Shown: positions 1 through 8,673, numbered from the stretch's first letter. The stretch is DNA of 32,000 nt from Planctopirus limnophila DSM 3776 (GCF_000092105.1 NC_014148.1:1650001-1682000), one strand, 5' to 3'. Notes: a model not told the origin generated them from the letters alone. Numbers and translations: made by a program.

Positions 1-392
1 ATTACCAGAAAACAGCACTCAAAATTGTGGCCATCAGTTCCAACGACGTCGTGGCCTATCCGCAGGATGATCTCGCAGCCATGACACGCGAAGCAGCCGA
101 AGCGGGCTACACCTTTCCTTGTCTACTCGATGAGAGTCAGGAAGTGGCCAAAGCTTACCGGGCGGCGTGTACGCCAGACTTTTTCCTGTTTGATGCAGCC
201 CACCGGCTGGTCTACCGGGGCCAGTTTGATGCCTCACGACCCGGGAATGAAATCCCCGTCACAGGGAGCGATCTGCGGGCAGCGATCGACTCGGTTCTCA
301 AAGGTCAAAGCCCTGCAGCAGAACAGACACCATCGATTGGCTGTAACATCAAGTGGAAACCAGGCAACAATCCTGATTACTTCCCCGGCTGA
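1..392 (+). CDS. Thioredoxin-fold (redoxin / AhpC-TSA-like) protein, 5' end outside window
   Basis: Frame 3 is open from the window edge (..YQKTALKIVAISSNDV..), so the track's GTG at 27 is internal. The C-terminal pattern PDFFLFD..YRGQFD..IGCNIKWKPG is typical of thioredoxin-family proteins of this type. The stop is at 390-392. Confidence 0.75.
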   Translation, partial: YQKTALKIVAISSNDVVAYPQDDLAAMTREAAEAGYTFPCLLDESQEVAKAYRAACTPDFFLFDAAHRLVYRGQFDASRPGNEIPVTGSDLRAAIDSVLKGQSPAAEQTPSIGCNIKWKPGNNPDYFPG

Positions 393-544
393 TCTTCCAC
401 TTGATCTGTTGGCGTACCCAACCGAGCGGGCTATCAAATGGGTGGCACGCCTCGGAGGTTCTGCGAAAAGGCGTGATCTTTGATCCCCGCCTAAGTAGTG
501 TATGTCTTCAATAGGCGCTGAACTTCGAACAAACAGGCTGGCCT

Positions 545-1420
545 ATGGCGGAAATCATTCCACTTCATCGCGACCATTCGAGGTTGTTTCATCAGAATCG
601 CTACGTCTATCCGGTTGTTTCCAGACGAAGCGGTGGCATTTCCGTCGGGATTAATCTCAATCCGGATAAGGTCTGCAACTTCGATTGCATCTATTGTCAG
701 GTCGATCGGCGAAGTGAAGCCGAGACGAATTTTGTCGGTACTGAACAACTTCTGGCCGAACTCGATGAAGTGATTGAACTGGTGACTAGCGGCAGGCTCT
801 GGGACGATGAAAAATTCGGAGCCACCCCTCAGGCGTTTCGTCGCTTCAATGACATAGCCTTTTCCGGTGATGGAGAACCCACCACGTTTCGAAACTTCGA
901 CTTGATTGTGAATGAAGTTGCTCAAAGGAAGATGAATGCCGGGGTCGACCAGGTAAAGATGGTCTTGATCACCAATGCCAGTATGTTCCATCGACCAGCC
1001 TGCCAGCGCGGGCTGGTGGTGCTGATGGCTCATCAGGGAGAGATCTGGGCCAAGCTCGATGCCGGGACTGAAGAGTATTACCACCTGATTGAACGAACTC
1101 GCATTCCCTTGGCGAGAATTCTGGAGAACATTCTCGATGTCTCGCTGCGCTGGCCTGTCGTGATCCAGGCCCTCTTTATGAATGTGGCTGGTGTGCCTCC
1201 GACAGACGCCGAAATCTCCGCCTGGCTGGGCCGCTTAAAAGACATTCTTTCCGCAGGTGGCCAGATTTCTCTGGTCCAGGTTTACACAGTCGCACGACCA
1301 CCTGCCGAAGCGATTGTCACACCGCTCTCAGATGCCGAGGTTGATCACATTGTGAAGCGTTTGCAGCAGGAAACATCGCTGACCGCTCAAGGATATTACG
1401 GTTCCCGCACGTCATCCTGA
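545..1420 (+). CDS. Radical SAM protein (subfamily not assignable)
   Basis: The 291-aa ORF carries the canonical CxxxCxxC cluster motif (CNFDCIYCQV). It also has a GGE-like SAM-binding motif (FSGDGEPT) and a downstream LITNAS strand. Confidence 0.9.
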   Translation: MAEIIPLHRDHSRLFHQNRYVYPVVSRRSGGISVGINLNPDKVCNFDCIYCQVDRRSEAETNFVGTEQLLAELDEVIELVTSGRLWDDEKFGATPQAFRRFNDIAFSGDGEPTTFRNFDLIVNEVAQRKMNAGVDQVKMVLITNASMFHRPACQRGLVVLMAHQGEIWAKLDAGTEEYYHLIERTRIPLARILENILDVSLRWPVVIQALFMNVAGVPPTDAEISAWLGRLKDILSAGGQISLVQVYTVARPPAEAIVTPLSDAEVDHIVKRLQQETSLTAQGYYGSRTSS

Positions 1421-1497
1421 TTGCTCTGGGGAAACAGGGTGGATTGCCCCGGGCAAATTGTGCATTCTCATAGGGAAGGTCGTCAACGACTTTTCTT

Positions 1498-1620
1498 CGG
1501 CGGGTGGCTGGGGTTGAGTCTTCGAACCCCCAGCAGTCTTCGGCACCAACTGGGGGTTCGCGAAGACGCTCAACCCCAGCCACCCCATACCAAGGAGCGT
1601 AGTTTGTTATTGGAATCCGT
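1498..1620 (+). repeat. Palindromic intergenic repeat element, copy A (long imperfect hairpin)
   Basis: The arms are 1503-1533 (GGTGGCTGGGGTTGAGTCTTCGAACCCCCAG) and 1550-1584 (CTGGGGGTTCGCGAAGACGCTCAACCCCAGCCACC), separated by a 16-nt loop. The region aligns over about 110 nt with the reverse complement of 6315-6423. Confidence 0.85.
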
Positions 1621-1776
1621 CTGAGACGGCGGCAAGCCGATTGTCGCTTTGATTCGATCTGTGCCATGCTTGCCGCTTTGGGCAATCAGGCTTTCTCAAT
1701 TTTTAACACGCCTTTTCAAGCTGTTTTTCGTATCAGTATTGCACAACGTTCCGCAGGGATTGCAAAGGATGTTTCA

Positions 1777-4188
1777 ATGCCGCTGACAACTGTCTTTCAT
1801 GCCAGTCTGTATGGCACGATCTGTCTGGCGGGCTTTATTCTGGGCCGAGCTGAGGGCAACTTTATCCCTTATCTCACGATTCTTGTGGCCATGGTCGGCT
1901 ACATGCTGACTGAGCATTACAAAAAATGGATGGTCACTGTTCCTGTCGCCAATGCTTTGGGGCTTGTGGCCTTTCTCGTCGCAGCTATTGAATTCACTGT
2001 GGGTGACCGTGAAGGAAAGCTTCTGGCTGGTGCGCATCTGGTGGTTTATCTGAACTGGATTGTGCTGCTGCAAAAGAAAACCAATCGACAATACTGGGCT
2101 ATGGCGGCACTGAGTTTATTGCAGGTGGCTGTCGCCTCCGTTCTGACGAACGACAGTTGGTATGGTGGCATGCTCGTCCTTTATTCCGTAGTGGCGATGT
2201 GGTCGCTGGCGATCTTTTCGCTGCATCAGGCCAATCAGCAATTTGAATCCGGACGACGCGAACCGGTGTCTCGATCTCCGATGGCAGGTTCTTCGATCGC
2301 CATGACGACCGCTTCCGTGATTATGCCCAGTGAAACCTGGAGCACTATTCGTCACGATGGTTCGGCAAGGTGGGTCACGCCGCGTTTCATCCTGGGCGTC
2401 ATGACCATTGCCGGCATGTCGCTCATGCTCAGTGGCGTGTTCTTTACGCTTGTGCCGCGAGTGTGGATTGGCCCGCGTTTATCATTAGGTGATGAAGCCG
2501 ATGGTCCGGTGGGCAGTCTGGGCCGCAATACCATGACAGGCTTCACGTCTCAGGTGAAACTGGGCTCACTGGGCGAAATTCTGGAAAATTCAACACCGGT
2601 GCTTCAGGTCAGGTTGTTCGATTCCGAAACAGATCGGGAAATCGATGTCAATCAGTATTGTGAGCGACTTGGTTATGCCGAGCCTCTCTTTCGAGGCATT
2701 GTGCTGAGCCGTTACGAATCGAGCCAATGGCTGGCCGATGTGGTCTTTTCTTCACAAGATCCATTACCACGCATTCTCGCGGAGCCGGCAGTGCGCCAGG
2801 AGTATGTTCTGGAGCCAGTCGGGACAGATCTGCTCTTTGTCATTGGCGATGTGAGGGCTTGCGATCTTGATGGTTCCGAACGCCGTCGGGTTGTGAAGCA
2901 TACCACAACCTCTGTGCTGACACGCGATAGCGTGGGACGTTCGGGAAGTGCGGAACGGATTGGCTATACTGCGTACTCGGCACCAATGCCGGCTGTTGTG
3001 CAGCCCTTTGCCATCATGCCGGTTTCCTCCAGGCTCTGGCAGGAATATCTCTCGCGCAATTATCTGGAAGACCTGCTGATCCTCAATGATGATGTCGCGG
3101 CGATTCGGCCGATTGTCGAGCGCATTCTTGAAGAAAAAACCCGACAGGTGGGCAGCAAACTGACTCCTGTACAACAGGCAGTCGCGCTCGAATCGTGGCT
3201 GCGCGACAGTGGGAATTTCAAGTATACGCTCAAACAGGCGCGTGTGGATCTGACGGTTGATCCCGTGATCGATTTTCTCATCAACCGCAAGGAAGGGCAT
3301 TGTGAATACTTCAATACAGCCCTCGCACTCATGCTGCGGGCTGCCGGAATTCCCTCACGTTTAGTGAGTGGATTCAAAGGAGGAGATACGAATCCTTTGA
3401 ATGGCCGATTTGAAGTCCAGCAGCGGCATGCTCATGTCTGGGTGGAGGCATTTCTAACTGAGCCTAATGGCAAGTTCTTCTGGGGCACCTTTGATGCCAC
3501 GCCTGTCGCAGAGCGGAATACAGAACTGGAAACCATCGGTGGCAAAATGACTTTCTGGCAGGCCATGTCGAGTGAGATTTCCATGTTCTGGTCTCGCTAT
3601 GTGGTGAATGTCACTCTGAATGATCAGGAGCAGGGGGTCTACGGCCCGCTGCGCGATTGGGTGGCATCGCTGGGTGGTCAGTTAAAGGATCGCACCGGTG
3701 GCATTCAGAGCCTCCTGTACGGCCTCTTCTCGATTCTGGCGTCACCCAAAGAGTGGCTCACTGTCAGTGGTATGTTGAGGTTGCTGATTATTCTCGTCTT
3801 GTTCACGGGCCTGTTGTATGTCCTCAGATACGGCATCAAACTTTCACTGAAGGGGTTCTCGAAGTATTCCCAGAAGCGAAAAGTTGAACGCAAGGTTGTC
3901 GAGTTTTACGAGCGATTCCAGAAAGTCATCGCTCAGGCTGGCTTTAAGCGGGATGAAGCTCAGACCCAGAGAGAATTTGCACTGCAGGTGACTCACAAAC
4001 TTTCGCACCGACTCCACGACGAATCTGTGTTGAAACTCCCTGAAGAACTGACCGAGTTGTTTTATAAAGTCCGCTTCGGGGATGATATCGTTGATGCCGC
4101 GACGGCTCAGTCATTAGATGACCGGCTGGATCGTCTTGAGAGCCTGCTCGATACCAACCGGCAGCGTCAACATGCTTCTAAGGTTTAG
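1777..4188 (+). CDS. Transglutaminase-like membrane protein (TgpA-like: N-terminal multi-TM region plus transglutaminase core)
   Basis: The core carries a Cys-His-Asp type signature: EGHCEYFNTALALMLRAAGIPSRLVSGF ... HAHVWVEAF ... FDATP. There are several N-terminal TM helices and one C-terminal TM. The longest ORF starts at ATG 1666. I prefer ATG 1777 (MPLTTVFH..) because the TM region begins immediately and AAGGA lies upstream. The start is uncertain. Confidence 0.85.
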   Translation: MPLTTVFHASLYGTICLAGFILGRAEGNFIPYLTILVAMVGYMLTEHYKKWMVTVPVANALGLVAFLVAAIEFTVGDREGKLLAGAHLVVYLNWIVLLQKKTNRQYWAMAALSLLQVAVASVLTNDSWYGGMLVLYSVVAMWSLAIFSLHQANQQFESGRREPVSRSPMAGSSIAMTTASVIMPSETWSTIRHDGSARWVTPRFILGVMTIAGMSLMLSGVFFTLVPRVWIGPRLSLGDEADGPVGSLGRNTMTGFTSQVKLGSLGEILENSTPVLQVRLFDSETDREIDVNQYCERLGYAEPLFRGIVLSRYESSQWLADVVFSSQDPLPRILAEPAVRQEYVLEPVGTDLLFVIGDVRACDLDGSERRRVVKHTTTSVLTRDSVGRSGSAERIGYTAYSAPMPAVVQPFAIMPVSSRLWQEYLSRNYLEDLLILNDDVAAIRPIVERILEEKTRQVGSKLTPVQQAVALESWLRDSGNFKYTLKQARVDLTVDPVIDFLINRKEGHCEYFNTALALMLRAAGIPSRLVSGFKGGDTNPLNGRFEVQQRHAHVWVEAFLTEPNGKFFWGTFDATPVAERNTELETIGGKMTFWQAMSSEISMFWSRYVVNVTLNDQEQGVYGPLRDWVASLGGQLKDRTGGIQSLLYGLFSILASPKEWLTVSGMLRLLIILVLFTGLLYVLRYGIKLSLKGFSKYSQKRKVERKVVEFYERFQKVIAQAGFKRDEAQTQREFALQVTHKLSHRLHDESVLKLPEELTELFYKVRFGDDIVDAATAQSLDDRLDRLESLLDTNRQRQHASKV

Positions 4189-4225
4189 TTGGAACTCTGG
4201 TGACAATCGACGATGAGTGTTCAGC

Positions 4226-5269
4226 CTAGATGTCCTTGAGTGCGCCATTGATCAATCCGAGGTAGATCGAAAAGACGCGGAAGATCAGGACGATGATCAT
4301 GATGGCCACAGCTGCCCAGATGGCTGAACTGAAGGCCATCGTCAATTGAGCGAGGCTGCGTCTGGCATCATCATCCAGTTGGGGAGCCATTCTCTCCAGC
4401 ACTTCGGGAACAGTTCCCGAAGATTCACCGACGCGAATCATTTCCAGATAATCCGTGGGAAAATACCCCGTGGCCTGCAGGGCATCCGATAATTCCTCGC
4501 CCGACATAACCATTGCGTTGATTTCTGGTGCCGTCGCAGCGAAAGCGGCATTACCACTGGCTTTGAGACTGGCCGAAATACTTGGGCCAATCATCATGCC
4601 CGAATTCTGAGTAATGGCAAACGCCCAGGAGAAACGAGACAAAGCAAACGATCTCAGGCAATGGCCCACGACAGGGATCGTCAGCAGTAATCGGTCAAAG
4701 GCCCCTCTTTGTCCCATGCGATTGATCATCTCCCAGCCAATACAACCGGCCACCAGCAGCATGGCCCAACCACTCAGCCATGCCACTGCGCCGGTTGTTC
4801 CCGTCAATCCCACACCCAGAACATCCAGTGGTGATGAGCCGGTTACCTGAGCTACGATCCCCAGAACGACAATCAGAATGGCCACAATCAGTATGGCAGC
4901 GACGGCCTGCAGGACAGGCCAGGTGATGGCGGCTATAAAGGTGCGCCGCATTTGCACCTGATGATCGAAATGCCCAGCCAGTGATGTCAAAACTTCGGGA
5001 AGATTCCCCGTCTGTTCACCCACACTGACCATATCCACCAGCAGAGCCGGAAATGTGGAACCTTCAGCGATCAAGGCTTCGGATAATCCATTGCCAGACC
5101 GCACTTCCTGAATCAATCGTTGAGTGACAGGCCCGAAGCGTTGATCGCCTGCCCGCTTGCCGGCAAGTTCCAAGGCTCGAATCAGAGCCACACCCGAGTG
5201 CAGGAGTGTACTGAGTGATCTGCACCAGATGGCGACGATATTCAGTGGCATTTGTTTTCCGAAGATCAT
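4226..5269 (-). CDS. Type II secretion / type IV pilus platform protein (GspF/PilC family), short form
   Basis: The 347-aa ORF has two T2SS-F-like repeats (..LSTLLHSGVALIRALE..GEQTGNLPEVL.. and ..MIRVGESSGTVPEVLERM..). Each repeat is followed by hydrophobic TM segments. Confidence 0.85.
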   Translation of the reverse strand: MIFGKQMPLNIVAIWCRSLSTLLHSGVALIRALELAGKRAGDQRFGPVTQRLIQEVRSGNGLSEALIAEGSTFPALLVDMVSVGEQTGNLPEVLTSLAGHFDHQVQMRRTFIAAITWPVLQAVAAILIVAILIVVLGIVAQVTGSSPLDVLGVGLTGTTGAVAWLSGWAMLLVAGCIGWEMINRMGQRGAFDRLLLTIPVVGHCLRSFALSRFSWAFAITQNSGMMIGPSISASLKASGNAAFAATAPEINAMVMSGEELSDALQATGYFPTDYLEMIRVGESSGTVPEVLERMAPQLDDDARRSLAQLTMAFSSAIWAAVAIMIIVLIFRVFSIYLGLINGALKDI

Positions 5270-5445
5270 CTCGTTCGGTATCCCTGCGGGTTACGCCATC
5301 GATGGAAATTCACTTTTCCGGTGAACTCTCTGACCGGCACTTGCGGACATGCACTTACACCCCCACAATCTTACCTGAGTCCAGGACTCTTTTAACAAAC
5401 CGCTCTAAGAAAACTCTCAGTTAAATCTCAGTGAGGAGGAAACCC

Positions 5446-6231
5446 GTGCTGCCGAAGTCTTTTACGAACCCAGTGGTTTCAGTGATTGCCGGTCGTTTGC
5501 TGCAGAGCACGATGGTGTTGGGCTGCATCATCGGAGTTTCTACCTTCGCTACAGCAGAAAGTCCGATTCCCATTGCCAACGTCGCTCCCGTCAGCGATCT
5601 CAATGCGGAAGCAGAAGCTCTGATTGCTGCTGTTGGTAAAACTTTGGAATCGGAAGAAACTTACAAGAAGGATGCCAAAGTCTGGAAGCAGGGGGCCAGC
5701 CTGTTAGCGGTCGTCTCGCAGGCGATTGTCGAACATCCCGAGGCCAGCTCACTGAAGTCGGCAGCACCTTCCATTCGTCAGGGGGCCATACAAGTTGCTC
5801 GCAGCAAAACACTGGCTGAAGCTCAAGCGGGCCAGAAGATGATTTCAGAAGCTGTCGCTGGTCGCTTTGCTGCCGACGCGAAGCCTGAGGCCGATTGGGC
5901 TAAGCTCACCAAAATGCACCCCTCGATGGAAGAAATGAACTCGCGAGCTGCCGCCGTCCGCCGATCTCTCAAGAGACTCCGTAAACCCGAGGAAGAGGCC
6001 CGCGATGCCACTGCTCTTGCATTACTGGCTGTGGCCACTTATGCAGATACCCACGAAGTGAAAAACGCAGCCGACAAACCTTACTGGCAGGAATTGGCTG
6101 GAAATTTCCAGAAGGAAATGACTGAGACTGCGACCGCCATGCGATCAAAAGATCTCGAAAAAGCCAAAACAGTCTTCGCTGAAGGGATGAAACGCTGCGA
6201 AGCCTGTCATGAGAAGTTCCACAACGAATAG
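5446..6231 (+). CDS. Secreted helical c-type haem protein (cytochrome c'-like, C-terminal CxxCH)
   Basis: A single haem-binding motif, CEACH, lies 8 residues from the C-terminus, which is the class II cytochrome c arrangement. An N-terminal hydrophobic signal-like segment is present. GAGGAGG at 5433-5439 sits 6 nt upstream of GTG 5446, so I prefer 5446 to the track's GTG 5431. Confidence 0.7.
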   Translation: MLPKSFTNPVVSVIAGRLLQSTMVLGCIIGVSTFATAESPIPIANVAPVSDLNAEAEALIAAVGKTLESEETYKKDAKVWKQGASLLAVVSQAIVEHPEASSLKSAAPSIRQGAIQVARSKTLAEAQAGQKMISEAVAGRFAADAKPEADWAKLTKMHPSMEEMNSRAAAVRRSLKRLRKPEEEARDATALALLAVATYADTHEVKNAADKPYWQELAGNFQKEMTETATAMRSKDLEKAKTVFAEGMKRCEACHEKFHNE

Positions 6232-6314
6232 TCGTCTTCAAGCAAGAGTTGGAGCCACTTATCGAGCCTCGTTCTTCGAGTTGTCTGTGGTTACGATTGG
6301 CAGGGTCTTTCGAT

Positions 6315-6423
6315 ACGGATTTCAATATTCCGCTACGCTTCTTGGCTGGGGTTGAGTCTTCGAACCCCCAGTTCGTGCCGAAAATCGCTGGGGGTTCGAA
6401 GACTCAACCCCAGCCACCCGCCG
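6315..6423 (-). repeat. Palindromic intergenic repeat element, copy B (perfect 28-bp stem), inverted relative to copy A
   Basis: Arm 6344-6371 (GGCTGGGGTTGAGTCTTCGAACCCCCAG) is the exact reverse complement of arm 6388-6415, with a 16-nt loop between them. The flanks (CGGCGGGTGG.. and ..AAGAAGCGTAG..ATTGAAATCCGT) match copy A in the opposite orientation. The element lies between the convergent cytochrome and hemA genes. Confidence 0.9.
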
Positions 6424-6502
6424 CGCAATTGTTTATTGGAATTCCTATGAGCCGGGTAGCGATCATTACGCCACCCGGCTTTGATGAGCGGACATCCCAA
6501 TT

Positions 6503-7780
6503 TCATCGCAAGCGGAAGAGTCTCGATAAAGCATCGAGCAAGCCATTGGGCGAGCCACCCTTCGATTCGTCACGTAAGGCTTCCAGCGGCGGGTGCAACA
6601 GCTTATTCACAATTCGCGCGACCGTACGTTCAATGGCATCTCGGTCTTCGGCAGGCAGATGCGAAAGTTTTGAAAACAGCTTCTGCAATTCCTGCTGGCT
6701 GATCGAATGCCAGTCATCGCGCAGGCGTTTAACGATCGCACCGCCCGCCCGGCTGTAAAACTCACTCATGAACCGCTGAGTTTCTTCCTCGATAATGCGG
6801 TTCGCTTTTTCAACTTCGGCCTGACGCAGCTTGCGGTTGCGGTCACAGGTTTTCTGCAGGCTGTCAATGTCATACAGATAAACATCATCGAGCGAAGCGA
6901 TCTTCACGTCAAAATCTCTGGGAGCACCCAGGTCAATGATAAACACAGGCTTGTAGCGGTTCTGCTTTCTGCGAGCCAATTCAAAACGAGCCATCGTCAC
7001 CACAGGTTCATCCGCACCAGTGGTACTCACAATCACGTCGGCTTTCCCCAGCCATTCGTCCAGTTGCTGCCAGTCGGCAACTTGTCCTCGGTACTTCTCT
7101 GCCAAACGCTCGGCACGATCTCGGCTGCGATTGACGACAATGACCTGCTGCACACCTTCATCCGCCAGGTATCGGAGTGTCTCCTCCGCCATCTCGCCGG
7201 CACCGATCACCACGACGATTTTGTCGGCAAACGTATCGAAAATGCTCTTCCCGAATTCTCCAACAGCGACACTGGCAATCGATACCCGACCATTGGAAAG
7301 TCTGGTCTCTGTCCGCACCCGATTGGATGTGCGGATCGCACCTTGAAACAGAGCATGCGTCAAAGCACCGCAACTGCCGTTTTCGTCTGCTTTACGATAA
7401 GCATCTTTCACCTGAGCCACGATTTGCGGCTCACCAAGCACCATGCTGTCCAGGCTCGACACGACCTGAAACAAATGCTGCACCGCCTCTGGGCCAGTAT
7501 GTTCCGTCAGTTCCTCGGAAAACTCTTCCAGAGGAACATGATGAAACTCGGAGAGAAACGAAGCCAGATTCTGCCTGACGACGGCAGGATCTTCTTCAGT
7601 GTTCGCTGCATAGACTTCCACACGATTACAGGTCGAAAGGAACACGACTTCTGATGTCGGGAAGCGCTCGTGGAACTCCTGATAAGCCCGCTGGATATCT
7701 TCGGCACTGGAAAAAGCGAGTCTTTCACGAATTGCCAATCCTGAGGATTGATGATTGCAGGAGACGACATGGAGGTTCAT
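6503..7780 (-). CDS. hemA: Glutamyl-tRNA reductase
   Basis: The 425-aa ORF has the typical N-terminus MNLHVVSCNHQSSGLAIRERLAF and the catalytic-Cys motif LSTCNRVEVY. It also has the NADPH Rossmann motif VVVIGAGEMAE and a C-terminal dimerisation helix. GAGGAGGGG lies 6 nt upstream of the ATG. Confidence 0.95.
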   Translation of the reverse strand: MNLHVVSCNHQSSGLAIRERLAFSSAEDIQRAYQEFHERFPTSEVVFLSTCNRVEVYAANTEEDPAVVRQNLASFLSEFHHVPLEEFSEELTEHTGPEAVQHLFQVVSSLDSMVLGEPQIVAQVKDAYRKADENGSCGALTHALFQGAIRTSNRVRTETRLSNGRVSIASVAVGEFGKSIFDTFADKIVVVIGAGEMAEETLRYLADEGVQQVIVVNRSRDRAERLAEKYRGQVADWQQLDEWLGKADVIVSTTGADEPVVTMARFELARRKQNRYKPVFIIDLGAPRDFDVKIASLDDVYLYDIDSLQKTCDRNRKLRQAEVEKANRIIEEETQRFMSEFYSRAGGAIVKRLRDDWHSISQQELQKLFSKLSHLPAEDRDAIERTVARIVNKLLHPPLEALRDESKGGSPNGLLDALSRLFRLR

Positions 7781-8673
7781 TTCTGCCCCTCCTCGTTTGA
7801 AGACTTTATGGGAAGAGTTACTGCTTTAGGAGCCTCTTTGGCAGGTTTTGCTCCATGCACTGAACTCACACCGGCAGCCGATGTCAGCACCTGCAATCCG
7901 ACATAAGCCAGCAGTAACAGCCCCGATGACCACGCCGTGGCCACAGCCACCTTCCGGCCCGGTGTGCGTGTTCGAGAGAGTTGCCATGTCAGCAAGCCGC
8001 AAATCAATGCCCAGCCGATCGTGCCGCCGAGAACCACAGGGTCGATCCATACATTTTCGGAGGTCCAGTTCGTGAGGATGATGCCTGAAAGGACTCCCAC
8101 ACTTAAAAGTGGAACGGCTGTCGAAATCGCCCATAAGTTGAGTCGCGCCAGTTGTTCGAGGCTTGGTAAGCTCAAACTGCGTTTGGCAATGGCCCCCTGT
8201 TTGAGGCGTTCATTCTGCCACAAAAAGAGCAGGCTGATGACAAATCCGACGAGGACTGCTGCTGTCCCTAGTACTAGCGAACTGGCATGCAGCATGGCCC
8301 ACGATCTTAAAGGATCCCAACTCCGGGCCGATGTCTCTGGAAGCAGCCATGAGGTGGCCACGAGTCCAATAATCAACGGAAACGAAATGATCCCGACAGC
8401 CAGTTGCGAATCGACAATTGTCAGGACCAGATATAGCACCATCAGCAGCCAGGCCAGAACCAGCAGCCAGTCATGTGAGGAACTGAGTAAGGGCGGCAAG
8501 TTCTCAGCACTGGCTCTTGCCAGCAGATACAGGGTATGAGCCAGGAGCCCGGCAGTCGCGAAGCCCAGAGTCAGTGTTCGTGCCAACCAGCCCTGGCCAC
8601 GTAATCGTGTCAACTCAAAGCCAAAGGCCACGAGATAGCTGGCAAAGATGCAGAAAACACTCACATTGAGCAT
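7777..8673 (-). CDS. Cytochrome c assembly family membrane protein (HemX/CcsA-like)
   Basis: The 298-aa polytopic membrane protein contains LPSLEQLARLN..AVPLLSVGVLSG..W..NVWIDP, which resembles the HemX/CcsA family. Its stop overlaps the hemA start (ATGA at 7777-7780). Confidence 0.8.
   Translation of the reverse strand: MLNVSVFCIFASYLVAFGFELTRLRGQGWLARTLTLGFATAGLLAHTLYLLARASAENLPPLLSSSHDWLLVLAWLLMVLYLVLTIVDSQLAVGIISFPLIIGLVATSWLLPETSARSWDPLRSWAMLHASSLVLGTAAVLVGFVISLLFLWQNERLKQGAIAKRSLSLPSLEQLARLNLWAISTAVPLLSVGVLSGIILTNWTSENVWIDPVVLGGTIGWALICGLLTWQLSRTRTPGRKVAVATAWSSGLLLLAYVGLQVLTSAAGVSSVHGAKPAKEAPKAVTLPIKSSNEEGQK

Noticed and set aside
1421-1624. Two ORFs cross the palindromic repeat: a 67-aa ORF at 1421-1624 and a 169-aa ORF at 6249-6758. 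They share similar peptides (GWLGLSLRTP and LAGVESSNPQ).
   Set aside because: The similarity comes from the shared DNA repeat read in different orientations. The second ORF also runs antisense into the hemA 3' end. I treat both as artefacts of the repeat.
6388-6420. A tRNA-like string, GGGGGTTCGAAG...CCAGCCACC, occurs in the repeat arm. This raised the possibility of a tRNA gene or tRNA-derived element.
   Set aside because: The segment after the TTCGAA does not pair back to form a 5-bp T-stem, and no acceptor, D or anticodon arms can be drawn. The sequence instead pairs with the opposite 28-nt arm.
6707-7654. A 315-aa plus-strand ORF lies antisense to hemA. Similar long antisense ORFs occur at 7937-8539, 15832-16581, 2764-3300 and 491-1084.
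   Set aside because: In each case the opposite strand carries a longer ORF with clear family motifs or a signal peptide. The antisense translations are R/S/L/C-rich with no recognisable motifs, as expected from stop-poor antisense frames.
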